Shown here: piece by piece, positions 9,332-18,468 of the stretch
How the letters are laid out: the number at the start of each line of letters is the position of its first letter
Numbering within the stretch: position 1 is the first letter of the stretch
Source of the DNA: Clostridiales bacterium DTU092
GTDB taxonomy: Bacteria > Bacillota > Clostridia > Caldicoprobacterales > Caldicoprobacteraceae
Length of the DNA stretch: 29,190 bases
Assembly: GCA_001513505.1 (NCBI GenBank)
Contig: LFTM01000133.1
Span: forward strand, 1-29,190
Direction: 5' to 3'
Notes under the pieces: generated by a model
Told to the model about the DNA's origin: nothing
Databases searched by the model: none
What the model saw: only the letters and a program-made list of their open reading frames with translations
Translations under genes and position numbers: made by a program

Positions 9332-11143
9332 ATGTTGGATCTGAATAATCTGGAAAATAATACTATTGTGGAATTGAGAGAGTTTGCTAAAGAAATGGGA
9401 ATAAAAAGTGTTACACGGTATAGAAAAGCCGAACTTATTCAACTTATACAGGATAAGTTGAAGGAAATGGCTGAGATACAGCAACGGGAATGGTTTGAAA
9501 AGAATCGGGCGCAGGAGGATGTACAGTCGGAAAAGGAACCGGATCAGGGTATGGAGCAGGAGCCAAAACCGGCCAGAAGAGGGCGTCCGAGAAAAAAAGA
9601 TGTTCAGGCTGTGCAGCAGGAGGAAGCAGACAAGAAAACTTCTGAACAGCTGCAGCTGCTTGAACAGGAATCTGTCCAGCGGGAAGAAGCGGACAGTACC
9701 GAACCAATGGAGCAGGCGCCACAAACTAAGCGTTTACATGTTGTTAAGACCGGTGATGCCGGGGACAGGTTGCAGGAAAAGCAGTATGAAGAAAAAGATA
9801 CTGCCGATTCTCAGGAAGAGCTGGTGGGAGAAGTCACAGATGATAAAGACAAAAAAGAGCAATTCCAGATCAGCGACAGGGATGATTATGAAAGGCAGGT
9901 CGCTTTTGCCCGGAAGTATTATAACACCTCAAATCCTGCTGTACCAATACTGCTGAATACCGGAGAGTGCGGAGACGCAAAAGGTGTTCTGGAGGTGCTG
10001 CCTGACGGTTACGGTTTCTTACGTTCTGACAATTATATGTCGGGACCAAGGGATGTATACGTATCCCAATCACAGATTCGTCGGTTTAATCTTAAAACCG
10101 GAGATCTTGTTGAAGGTAAAACACGTCCTGCTAAGGAAGGGGAAAAATTTCAGGCTCTTCTCTATGTAACAGCAGTAAATGGCGAAGATCCTGAAAACGC
10201 CAATCAAAGAAGGCCTTTTGATGAGCTTACGCCCATATATCCGAATGAGCGTATAACGCTGGAAAATCCCCAGAATCCTAAGGAATTGGCGACACGTTTA
10301 ATTGATCTCATTTCTCCTATAGGTAAAGGGCAGAGAGGTTTGATTGTATCTCCTCCAAAAGCCGGTAAAACAACGCTGCTTAAAAAAATTGCAAACAGTA
10401 TTGTAATAAATCATCCTGATATATACTTAATAGTACTGCTTATTGATGAACGTCCTGAAGAGGTAACCGATATGCAGAGATCTATAAAAGGCGATGTGGT
10501 ATATTCCACATTTGATGAATTGCCCGAGCATCACACCAAAGTGGCTGAAATGGTTCTGGAGCGCGCTCAAAGATTGGTGGAACATGGGCGGGATGTGGTG
10601 ATCCTTCTGGACAGTATAACACGCTTAGCCCGTGCATACAATGTTACCGTACCCCCAACCGGCAGAACATTATCAGGTGGTATTGACTCAGCGGCTCTTC
10701 ACAAGCCCAAACGGTTTTTTGGTGCAGCCCGCAACATTGAAGAGGGCGGCAGCCTCACCATCATCGCTACAGCTTTGATCGATACGGGCAGCCGAATGGA
10801 CGAGGTTATATATGAGGAGTTTAAAGGAACGGGTAATATGGAAATTCATTTAGACAGGAAATTGTCCGAGAAGAGGATATTCCCTGCGGTTGATATCTTC
10901 CGTTCCGGTACCAGAAGAGAAGAACTTCTGCTTACACAAAAGGAGCTGGAGGGAGTCTGGTCCATACGTAAGAATTTAAGTGAAGGACGGCCCGACAGAG
11001 TGGTAGAGATTATAATAAATGACCTGATGCGGACCAATTCCAATGATGAATTCATTGACTTGATGATGGATCATTTCGAAAGAATGGAGAAGGAAGGCTA
11101 TTTAAACGACAGGGATTTCGACAGCTATTACGGTTACCGATAA
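9332..11143 (+). CDS. rho: Transcription termination factor Rho with long N-terminal insertion
   Basis: Rho_N helix bundle ([11 protein letters not shown]), RNA-binding domain [15 protein letters not shown]-loop [32 protein letters not shown]. Start among ATG 9329/9332 or TTG 9335. Confidence 0.97.
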   Translation: MLDLNNLENNTIVELREFAKEMGIKSVTRYRKAELIQLIQDKLKEMAEIQQREWFEKNRAQEDVQSEKEPDQGMEQEPKPARRGRPRKKDVQAVQQEEADKKTSEQLQLLEQESVQREEADSTEPMEQAPQTKRLHVVKTGDAGDRLQEKQYEEKDTADSQEELVGEVTDDKDKKEQFQISDRDDYERQVAFARKYYNTSNPAVPILLNTGECGDAKGVLEVLPDGYGFLRSDNYMSGPRDVYVSQSQIRRFNLKTGDLVEGKTRPAKEGEKFQALLYVTAVNGEDPENANQRRPFDELTPIYPNERITLENPQNPKELATRLIDLISPIGKGQRGLIVSPPKAGKTTLLKKIANSIVINHPDIYLIVLLIDERPEEVTDMQRSIKGDVVYSTFDELPEHHTKVAEMVLERAQRLVEHGRDVVILLDSITRLARAYNVTVPPTGRTLSGGIDSAALHKPKRFFGAARNIEEGGSLTIIATALIDTGSRMDEVIYEEFKGTGNMEIHLDRKLSEKRIFPAVDIFRSGTRREELLLTQKELEGVWSIRKNLSEGRPDRVVEIIINDLMRTNSNDEFIDLMMDHFERMEKEGYLNDRDFDSYYGYR

Positions 11144-11179
11144 GCCGTGAGACATACAGCATAATTGAGGTAAGGGGTT

Positions 11180-12244
11180 ATGATACAATTAAGTCCGAAA
11201 CATAAAAAATATATCAAGACCACACTATGGGTACTGCTGATTTTCTCTCTGGTACTGCTGATATTGATAAAAGTTGTACCGTATATAGCTCCCTTTGTAA
11301 TAGCGCTGCTTATCACTTTTATGATTGAACGTCCGGTGCAATTTGTTATTAAAAAAGCCAAATTGCCGCGGGGCATAGCTGTAGCGATAGTGCTTTTCGT
11401 ATTTGTGCTGGTTATTGGGGGAGGATTAACACTTATTTTTTCCAATATAGTTAACGAAATATGGAGACTGACCAGAGAGTTTCCCAGCGCGCAGGTTATT
11501 AAGCAGTATATAGAGCTGATTTTTGAGCAGGGTCAGGATTTGTACCTGAATTTGCCGCCTGACATTGAGCAGAGCATTAGGGATGCCTTGGGATCCTTTA
11601 TAGGCAATATCGGTTCTTATCTGCAAGGCATGTTAAATTATTTAATGGGTATTGCAAGGTTACTTCCCCAGATTTTCCTGTTTATAATAATATCCCTGGT
11701 AGCTTCGTTTTTCATGAGCAGGGACAGGGATAAGGTATCCGGCTTTATATATAAGCAGTTGCCTGAAGAATGGAAAATAAAAATCCGTTCTATCAAAGAG
11801 GATTTGCTTGCGGCTTTGCTGGGCTTTATCAAAGCCCAGTTTGTTCTGACTTCAGTTACCTTTATCGAATTACTGATCGGGTACAGCATTATAGGTGTAA
11901 AATATGCTTTTTCCTTTGCGATAATAACGGCTTTTGTAGATATGTTGCCGATTTTGGGCACCGGCACAATTCTTCTTCCCGCCGGTGCTGTTTACCTGAT
12001 CCTTGGGAATGTCCCAAGGGCAATTGGGTTTGTCGTACTGTATATAGTCATACTGATAGTCCGGCAATTCCTTGAACCAAAGGTTATGGGCCAGAATCTG
12101 GGGTTACACCCGTTGGTTACCCTTATATCGATATATGTAGGAATGCAAATCTTTGGTATTCCAGGACTATTCTTAGGTCCAATTATAGTTGCCATTGTAA
12201 GGGCATTGCAAAAAGCTACAATTTTACCCCAGTGGAAGGCCTGA
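11180..12244 (+). CDS. ytvI: Sporulation integral membrane protein YtvI (AI-2E family)
   Basis: Multi-TM; PFVIALLITFMIE.PV, DMLPILGTG, RQFLEPKVMGQNLGLHPLVTLISIYVG..FGIPGLFLGP motifs. Confidence 0.88.
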   Translation: MIQLSPKHKKYIKTTLWVLLIFSLVLLILIKVVPYIAPFVIALLITFMIERPVQFVIKKAKLPRGIAVAIVLFVFVLVIGGGLTLIFSNIVNEIWRLTREFPSAQVIKQYIELIFEQGQDLYLNLPPDIEQSIRDALGSFIGNIGSYLQGMLNYLMGIARLLPQIFLFIIISLVASFFMSRDRDKVSGFIYKQLPEEWKIKIRSIKEDLLAALLGFIKAQFVLTSVTFIELLIGYSIIGVKYAFSFAIITAFVDMLPILGTGTILLPAGAVYLILGNVPRAIGFVVLYIVILIVRQFLEPKVMGQNLGLHPLVTLISIYVGMQIFGIPGLFLGPIIVAIVRALQKATILPQWKA

Positions 12245-12272
12245 AAACCAAATATTATTTGAAAAAATTATA

Positions 12273-12302
12273 TTGAAATTTAGTTCGACGCTATGCTATA
12301 CT
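12273..12302 (+). promoter_or_regulatory. SigmaA extended -10 promoter for rpmE
   Basis: TTGAAA-N18-TATACT with TG at the extended -10 position (TGcTATACT). Confidence 0.6.
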
Positions 12303-12363
12303 ATAGTAGTTATAGCTTAGATTTATATAAATTGTGTAATTATCAACGGAAGAGGTGACGATT

Positions 12364-12576
12364 GTGAAGAAAGGCATACATCCGGAGTACGGAGAAGCTG
12401 TAGTAAGATGTGCATGTGGAGAAACTTTTGTTACCGGTTCTACCAAGAAGGAGATTCGGATTGAGATATGTTCAAAATGTCATCCCTTCTTTACTGGAAA
12501 ACAAAAGCTGGTGGATACCGGTGGACGGGTCGAACGGTTTAGGAGAAGATACGGCATGGAAAGTGACCAGGTATGA
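12364..12576 (+). CDS. rpmE: 50S ribosomal protein L31, Zn-binding (four-Cys) type
   Basis: [41 protein letters not shown]; GTG 12364 after GAGGTG SD. Confidence 0.97.
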   Translation: MKKGIHPEYGEAVVRCACGETFVTGSTKKEIRIEICSKCHPFFTGKQKLVDTGGRVERFRRRYGMESDQV

Positions 12577-12590
12577 GTTCCACGTAGAAC

Positions 12591-12625
12591 ATGCAGATTG
12601 GGGTTGTACCCTGGTCTGCATTTTT
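12591..12625 (+). terminator. Intrinsic terminator after rpmE
   Basis: ATGCAGATTGGGGT-tgt-ACCCTGGTCTGCAT long stem with G:U pairs, followed by TTTT. Confidence 0.75.
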
Positions 12626-12650
12626 ATTTACCTTAATGGGGTGAAAAAAT

Positions 12651-13631
12651 ATGAAAAAGTGTAATATAGGGGGTCAGGCGGTAATAGAAGGGGTTATGAT
12701 GCGGGCACCTTCTCGTATGGCAATAGCTGTCAGGCGTTCGGACGGAGATATTGCTGTCGATGCCCGGGAACTCAGTTCGCTTAAGGATAGATATCCCATA
12801 CTAAAACTGCCTGTAGTGAGAGGTGTTATATCTTTTATAGAATCTCTGACCGTTGGGATTAAGTCTCTTATGCATTCAGCAGAGATGTACGGTGATGAAG
12901 CCACTTTGGAGGAGTACAAACCTTCAAAACTTGAAAGATTTGTTGCTGATAAAACCGGTAAAAAAGCCGAAGATGTAATGATGTTTTTCGCGTTGGTGCT
13001 GGCATTTGGGCTGGCCGTACTGCTCTTTGTTGTTTTTCCTACTATGCTGACAGGATTGTTGAAAAGATGGATAGCAAAAAGATTTGTGCTGGGATTGATT
13101 GAAGGTGCTACAAGGCTGGGCATATTTTTATGCTATATTGTACTGGTAACAAGAATTAAGGATATACAGCGGGTTTTTGAATATCATGGTGCAGAGCATA
13201 AAGTTATCCACTGCTATGAACATGGGGAAGAGCTAAATATATCAAATGCCAGGAAATACAGCACACTTCATCCCAGATGCGGAACAGCGTTTTTGTTGGT
13301 GGTCATGGTTGTGAGTATCGTTGTGTTTTCTGCAATTAGCTGGGACAATGTAGTGCTTCGTATGATTATAAAGATATTGCTGCTGCCCTTTGTTGCAGGG
13401 GTTTCTTATGAAATAATAAGATGGGCAGGTAAAACCAGCTGGCCGGGGGTAAAGGTAGTACTGTTTCCGGGGCTTATGCTGCAGAAGCTGACAACCCGGG
13501 AGCCTGATGATGATCAGCTGGAGGTAGCCATACGGGCTTTTGTCGAAGCTGCAGGGAATACCGGGGAGGTAGACGATGAGGCCGGATATGATGGAAATCC
13601 TGAGGAAAGGATGTACAATTCTAAAAGATAA
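12651..13631 (+). CDS. DUF1385 family membrane protein (predicted metal-dependent enzyme)
   Basis: IGGQAVIEGVMMR, P..RGV..F.ESL, FEYHGAEHK, HPRCGT, LQKLTTREPDDDQLEVAI motifs; usual position between rpmE and prmC. Confidence 0.9.
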   Translation: MKKCNIGGQAVIEGVMMRAPSRMAIAVRRSDGDIAVDARELSSLKDRYPILKLPVVRGVISFIESLTVGIKSLMHSAEMYGDEATLEEYKPSKLERFVADKTGKKAEDVMMFFALVLAFGLAVLLFVVFPTMLTGLLKRWIAKRFVLGLIEGATRLGIFLCYIVLVTRIKDIQRVFEYHGAEHKVIHCYEHGEELNISNARKYSTLHPRCGTAFLLVVMVVSIVVFSAISWDNVVLRMIIKILLLPFVAGVSYEIIRWAGKTSWPGVKVVLFPGLMLQKLTTREPDDDQLEVAIRAFVEAAGNTGEVDDEAGYDGNPEERMYNSKR

Positions 13632-14466
13632 TAACATATCCGCTCCCAGGCTGGAGGCTGAAATGCTTATGGCCCATATATTAGAATGCGAGCGACATGA
13701 CCTCTATCTTGCCCGGGATTGGGAGCTGGATGAAGCACAAAAACAGCGGTATTTTGCATTAGTAGAGAAGAGAGCTTCAGGATATCCAATACAGTATATT
13801 ATCAACCGCAGGGAATTCATGAGCCTTGAGTTTTTTGTAGATCGAAGGGTTTTGATTCCCAGGGCTGATACTGAGATCCTTGTGGAGCATGTAATTGACT
13901 GGGCTTCCCAGCAAAACAGGGATTTGCATATATTGGATTTGGGTACGGGCAGCGGTGCTATTGCCGTAAGTTTATCTGTTTTTATCCCCCAAGTTCATGT
14001 AACAGCTGTTGATATTTCACATGAAGCCCTGGAGGTAGCCAGGTACAATGCCAGGCTCCATGGAGTACACGAACGTATAACGTTTCTTGAAGGAGACTTG
14101 TTTGCTCCTTTATATAATTATCCGGATATTCAGCTTTTTGATGCCGTGGTGTCTAATCCACCCTATATACCCACGGAAGATATTGAAACGTTGGAGATTG
14201 AAGTAAGGGATCATGAACCAAGAATAGCTTTGGATGGAGGAGATGACGGACTTGAATTCTACCGCAGACTGGCTGAAGGTTGTGCTGATTGTCTGATACA
14301 TGGAGGATTGCTGGCTGTTGAAGTTGGTTACGGTCAGTCCGGGGCGGTTAAAGCCATACTTAAGGATACCGGATATTTCCAAAATATTGGAGCTGCCAGA
14401 GATTTAGCGGGCATAGAACGTGTTGTTTATGCCATATATAATGGCGGTGTTCCCGGGGGTTGTTAG
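13576..14466 (+). CDS. prmC: Release factor glutamine methyltransferase
   Basis: YPIQYI, VLIPRADTE, LDLGTGSGAIA, VSNPPYI, EP.IALDGG.DGL; GGAGGT SD; 56-bp overlap with DUF1385 gene. Confidence 0.97.
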   Translation: MRPDMMEILRKGCTILKDNNISAPRLEAEMLMAHILECERHDLYLARDWELDEAQKQRYFALVEKRASGYPIQYIINRREFMSLEFFVDRRVLIPRADTEILVEHVIDWASQQNRDLHILDLGTGSGAIAVSLSVFIPQVHVTAVDISHEALEVARYNARLHGVHERITFLEGDLFAPLYNYPDIQLFDAVVSNPPYIPTEDIETLEIEVRDHEPRIALDGGDDGLEFYRRLAEGCADCLIHGGLLAVEVGYGQSGAVKAILKDTGYFQNIGAARDLAGIERVVYAIYNGGVPGGC

Positions 14467-14647
14467 CAATAGGTTGCGAAATTTGTTGACATATAAAAAT
14501 ATAAATCTTGTATATGTACGAATATCAATACTATAAACAGCTGAGGCTGTTTGTTCATGATGAATGGAAAAAACCGTACAGTAGTACTATCAATAAAAAT
14601 GTTGTAAGATAGAAATGGGTAAAACTTGTGATTAAAGGAGTAGGTTT

Positions 14648-15718
14648 ATGCTGGAAAAATTAGAATTCATTGAGAAAAGATATGAAGATCTCAGTAAAGC
14701 AATTGCCGATCCCGACATAATTGCACGGCAGAATGAGTGGCGGCAGTTGGTAAAGGAACATGCCGATCTGGAAGATATTGTTGTTAAATACAGGGATTAC
14801 AAAAAGATAGAACAGGATATAGCGGCTGCAAAAGAGATGTTAAACGAAAAGCCGGATGACGAGCTTCGTGATATGCTGGAAGAAGAGCTGGCTGAGCTCA
14901 GCCAGCAGCGTGAAAAGGTTGAAAAAGAGCTAAGACTGTCCCTTATACCCAAAGATCCAAATGATGAGAAAAACGTTGTTGTGGAGATACGGGCAGGTGC
15001 AGGGGGCGAGGAGGCCGCCCTTTTTGGCGCTGATCTTTTCAGAATGTATTCCCGTTATGCCGAACGTAAGGGATGGAAGATGGAGATTATGAGTGCTAAT
15101 TATACCGATATGGGCGGTGTAAAAGAACTAATATTTGTTATTGAAGGAAGAGGTGCGTACAGCCGCCTAAAATATGAAAGCGGCGTTCATAGGGTACAGA
15201 GAATCCCTACAACCGAATCCGGCGGAAGAATTCATACATCTACCGCAACGGTGGCCGTTCTTCCAGAAGCCGAGGACGTGGAAGTTGAAATTAACCCCAA
15301 TGATCTTAGAATCGATGTATTCAGATCATCGGGGCATGGCGGTCAGAGTGTCAATACTACAGATTCGGCTGTCCGTATTACCCATCTTCCTACAGGTATT
15401 GTAGTTACCTGCCAGGACGAAAAATCCCAGCTGAAGAATAAAGAAAAGGCAATGAGGGTTTTAAAGGCCAGGCTGTTGGACGCTGCCCAGAGAGAGCAGG
15501 AGCAGGAATATGCACAGGCCAGGAAGATCCAGGTGGGAACGGGGGACAGAAGTGAACGTATCCGCACATACAATTTTCCTCAGGGCCGTATAACCGACCA
15601 CCGGATTGGAGTGACTATTTACAATCTGGAAGGTTTCCTGGACGGAGAGATTGATGAGCTTATAGATGAGCTTATTACCAGCGATCAGGCTGAAAAACTG
15701 AAGAATACGCAGATGTAG
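14648..15718 (+). CDS. prfA: Peptide chain release factor 1
   Basis: [26 protein letters not shown] (PxT RF1 motif), [10 protein letters not shown] (GGQ), [10 protein letters not shown]. Confidence 0.98.
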   Translation: MLEKLEFIEKRYEDLSKAIADPDIIARQNEWRQLVKEHADLEDIVVKYRDYKKIEQDIAAAKEMLNEKPDDELRDMLEEELAELSQQREKVEKELRLSLIPKDPNDEKNVVVEIRAGAGGEEAALFGADLFRMYSRYAERKGWKMEIMSANYTDMGGVKELIFVIEGRGAYSRLKYESGVHRVQRIPTTESGGRIHTSTATVAVLPEAEDVEVEINPNDLRIDVFRSSGHGGQSVNTTDSAVRITHLPTGIVVTCQDEKSQLKNKEKAMRVLKARLLDAAQREQEQEYAQARKIQVGTGDRSERIRTYNFPQGRITDHRIGVTIYNLEGFLDGEIDELIDELITSDQAEKLKNTQM

Positions 15719-15767
15719 CTTTGAATAAGATAGTATAAAAAAATCAAATAGTTTGGAATGATAGATA

Positions 15768-16523
15768 TTGAATCATATATTATATACCTCGATTATAGGA
15801 ACTGCAGCTGGAATTATTGGAACCGGCCTGGGTGGGGCTATTGGTTTTTTATTAAATAACCCCAGCAGGCGTTTTTTGAGTGCCCTGCTAAACTTTTCCG
15901 CCGGTCTGATGATAGCGGTGGTATGCTTCGACCTGCTGCCTGAAGCTTATGAAATAGGAGGATTTACGGCGGGTGTCACCGGCGTGGTGCTGGGTGTAGT
16001 TATGATTATAGTCTGTGACGGGATATTGGTACGGTGGCAGCGTCGTATAAATCGTGAGAAAAGGACCACGGCTCCATTAAGTCAATATACAAAAACCGGC
16101 ATCCTTTTAGGGATAGGCATTGCGCTGCACAACTTTCCTGAGGGACTGGCAATTGGTTCGGGCTTTTCAGCCATGGAGTCCTATGGACTTGGTCTGAGTC
16201 TGGTTATAGCCTTTCACGACGTTCCGGAAGGAATAGCCATGGCAGCTCCATTGAGAATAGGCGGTGTGGGGAAGGTCAGGATATTGCTGGCCACCGTTGC
16301 TGCCGGGGTTCCAACCGGTATTGGTGCTTTAGTGGGATATTTGCTTGGGGGGATATCCCCATTCTTTATAGCTATTTGTTTAGGATTTGCAGGTGGCGCT
16401 ATGCTGTATATAACGTGTATTGAACTGATCCCAAGCGCTTTGGATCTTTACAGGGGAATAATTCCCGGGCTTGGCCTTGTGACGGGAGTAATAGCAGGGA
16501 TGCTTATAACCTCTATTATCTGA
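15768..16523 (+). CDS. ZIP family divalent metal transporter (ZupT/GufA-like)
   Basis: FSAGLMIAVVCFDLLPEA, IALHNFPEGLAIG, IAFHDVPEGIA, FAGGAMLYI...ELIP motifs; TTG start uncertain. Confidence 0.9.
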   Translation: MNHILYTSIIGTAAGIIGTGLGGAIGFLLNNPSRRFLSALLNFSAGLMIAVVCFDLLPEAYEIGGFTAGVTGVVLGVVMIIVCDGILVRWQRRINREKRTTAPLSQYTKTGILLGIGIALHNFPEGLAIGSGFSAMESYGLGLSLVIAFHDVPEGIAMAAPLRIGGVGKVRILLATVAAGVPTGIGALVGYLLGGISPFFIAICLGFAGGAMLYITCIELIPSALDLYRGIIPGLGLVTGVIAGMLITSII

Positions 16524-16550
16524 GCGCGGCGATGGAAGGAGAATTTATAG

Positions 16551-17603
16551 TTGAAGACAAGGGTACTGAAGATAAATGATTTACAAAGAGATGTTAATAT
16601 TATTGAGCAGGCTTCTGAACTCATAAGAGCAGGACAAGTAGTGGCTTTTCCTACAGAAACGGTGTATGGCCTCGGGGCTAATGCCCTTGATCCCCGGGCA
16701 GTTGAAAAAATATTCAAAGCCAAGGGGCGTCCGGGGGATAATCCGTTAATAGTACATGTTTCAAAAACCCGGGATGTGGACAGGCTGATCAGTGAGCTTC
16801 CCCCTAAAGCCAGGGTTTTGATGGAAGCTTTTTGGCCGGGACCTCTTACCATAATATTTAAGAAGTCTCCCATAGTACCTGATAAGGTGACTGCAGGTCT
16901 GAATACAGTGGCCATCAGGATGCCCAACCATCCTGTTGCTCTGAAACTTATTGACTGCTGCGGTTTTCCCATTGCAGCACCCAGTGCAAACCGTTCGGGA
17001 CATATAAGCCCTACTACGGCTCAGCATGTGCTGGAGGACATGGAGGGAAGAATACCTCTTATACTGGATGGTGGAAAATGCAGCGTAGGTCTGGAATCCA
17101 CCGTCCTGGATCTTACAGCTCAGATTCCGGTAATTTTACGCCCCGGAGGAGTAACCCTTGAGATGCTGCAGGAGGTACTGGGGGAGGTCAGGGTGGACAT
17201 AAACGTTTTGAAGCCTGTTTCTGACGGACGAAAGGTTAAGTCGCCGGGAATGAAGTACACCCATTACGCACCCCGGGCTCAGGTACTGATAGTGCGGGGA
17301 AAGCTGGACGGTATTGTGGAAAGGATCAATGAACTGGCTGAAGAATATGCTGCTCAAGGCATGAAGGTTGGTATTCTGGCTACCCGGGAGACCAGGGAAC
17401 GTTATGGAATAGGTGAGGTTCTGGTATTAGGCGGCCGTACCCAGCCGGCTGTAATGGCTTCCAACCTGTTTTCAGCTTTGAGGGAATTTGATGACAGGGC
17501 AGTGGATATTGTTCTGGCTGAGTGGGTGGATACCAGCAATGAAGGTCTGGCCATAATGAACCGCATGGTAAGAGCTGCAGGTTTTAATGTGATTGATGTA
17601 TAA
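16551..17603 (+). CDS. sua5: L-threonylcarbamoyladenylate synthase, Sua5-type (with C-terminal SUA5 domain)
   Basis: VAFPTETVYGLGA, KGRPGDNPLIVH, FWPGPLT, AAPSAN.SG..SPT, SPGMKYTHYAP; TTG after GAAGGAG. Confidence 0.96.
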   Translation: MKTRVLKINDLQRDVNIIEQASELIRAGQVVAFPTETVYGLGANALDPRAVEKIFKAKGRPGDNPLIVHVSKTRDVDRLISELPPKARVLMEAFWPGPLTIIFKKSPIVPDKVTAGLNTVAIRMPNHPVALKLIDCCGFPIAAPSANRSGHISPTTAQHVLEDMEGRIPLILDGGKCSVGLESTVLDLTAQIPVILRPGGVTLEMLQEVLGEVRVDINVLKPVSDGRKVKSPGMKYTHYAPRAQVLIVRGKLDGIVERINELAEEYAAQGMKVGILATRETRERYGIGEVLVLGGRTQPAVMASNLFSALREFDDRAVDIVLAEWVDTSNEGLAIMNRMVRAAGFNVIDV

Positions 17604-17708
17604 CGGTTACCGTTTATATATATGATATAAGCTGAACGTTGTATTTGTTGTCATCTCCTTACGGAATGATGTAAGTGAATATTTTATCGATAGGAGGCAT
17701 AAGCGGTA

Positions 17709-18176
17709 GTGAAAACTATTTTGTTTGTGTGCACAGGCAATACCTGCAGGAGCAGTATGGCCGAGGCGTTATTCAAGGAGTTGCTGGGGAAAAAGGGTAT
17801 TGAGGACATAAAGGTTATATCGGCCGGGCTGGCTGCCTTTGAAGGTGATAAAGCCAGTCCACAAGCTGTTCATGTTATGCAAAAACGGGGGATAGACTTA
17901 ACGGGACACCGGGCGAGACGAATTGATGCAAACCTGGTAAATCAGGCCGATCTCATACTTACTATGACCGGGAGACATAAAGCACATCTTATTAGTATGT
18001 TTCCTGAAGCCGCTGAAAAGATCCATGTGCTTAAAGAATATGTATATGATGGCTCGATTTCCGCACAATCGGCTCAAATCCTGGATCCATTTGGACAATC
18101 AGTTGAAGTTTATGAAGAATGTGCGCTTCAGCTCGAGGAAGCATTGAACAAGCTTATAGAAAAGCTTACTGAATAA
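17709..18176 (+). CDS. ywlE: Low-molecular-weight protein arginine phosphatase (YwlE-like)
   Basis: ILFVCTGNTCRS P-loop with the Thr characteristic of YwlE-type enzymes (tyrosine-type LMW-PTPs have CLGNICRS); DPFG acid loop; follows sua5 as ywlE follows ywlC in B. subtilis. Confidence 0.8.
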   Translation: MKTILFVCTGNTCRSSMAEALFKELLGKKGIEDIKVISAGLAAFEGDKASPQAVHVMQKRGIDLTGHRARRIDANLVNQADLILTMTGRHKAHLISMFPEAAEKIHVLKEYVYDGSISAQSAQILDPFGQSVEVYEECALQLEEALNKLIEKLTE

Positions 18177-18215
18177 ATTCGTACCTTGCTTATTTACTTA
18201 CTAACTTATACAGAA

Positions 18216-18384
18216 TTTGAAGAATATAATGGAAATCACCTTACGGAAAGGCTTAGAGCCTGTTAACGCAGCGGAGGGAAAGGCCGAATCACTGTTTGAG
18301 CGAAGCGAGTTTGATGAAGGTTCAGAAGCAAGTGTTACAGGTTCTTAGCCTTGAACTTAAGTGATTGGAATAGTATTCTGCAAA
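18216..18384. repeat. ~170-bp MITE/REPIN-like nested inverted-repeat element, copy 2 (inverted relative to copy 1)
   Basis: Terminal IRs TTTGAAGAATATAATGGAAATCAC / GTGATTGGAATAGTATTCTGCAAA; core matches the reverse complement of 6821-6990. Confidence 0.85.
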
Positions 18385-18407
18385 TAAAGTCATGATTTTT
18401 TTACATA

Positions 18408-18437
18408 TTGCAAAATATTGTCGTACTAGGGTATAAT
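18408..18437 (+). promoter_or_regulatory. SigmaA promoter for rpiA-upp (possibly also the ATPase operon)
   Basis: TTGCAA-N18-TATAAT. Confidence 0.6.
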
Positions 18438-18468
18438 ATTAGAGAATATTCTGGGGGTTTACTGTATC

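Noticed and set aside
12284-12290. Near-match Spo0A boxes (TTCGACG here; also TTGCGAA near 14474 and TGTCGTA near 18419)
   Set aside because: Each has a mismatch to TGNCGAA; expected by chance at this frequency.
14467-14647. Promoter or terminator between prmC and prfA (TTGACA at 14486; hairpin AAACAGC-tgag-GCTGTTT near 14538)
   Set aside because: No well-spaced -10 box and only a weak U tract; plausible but not supportable.
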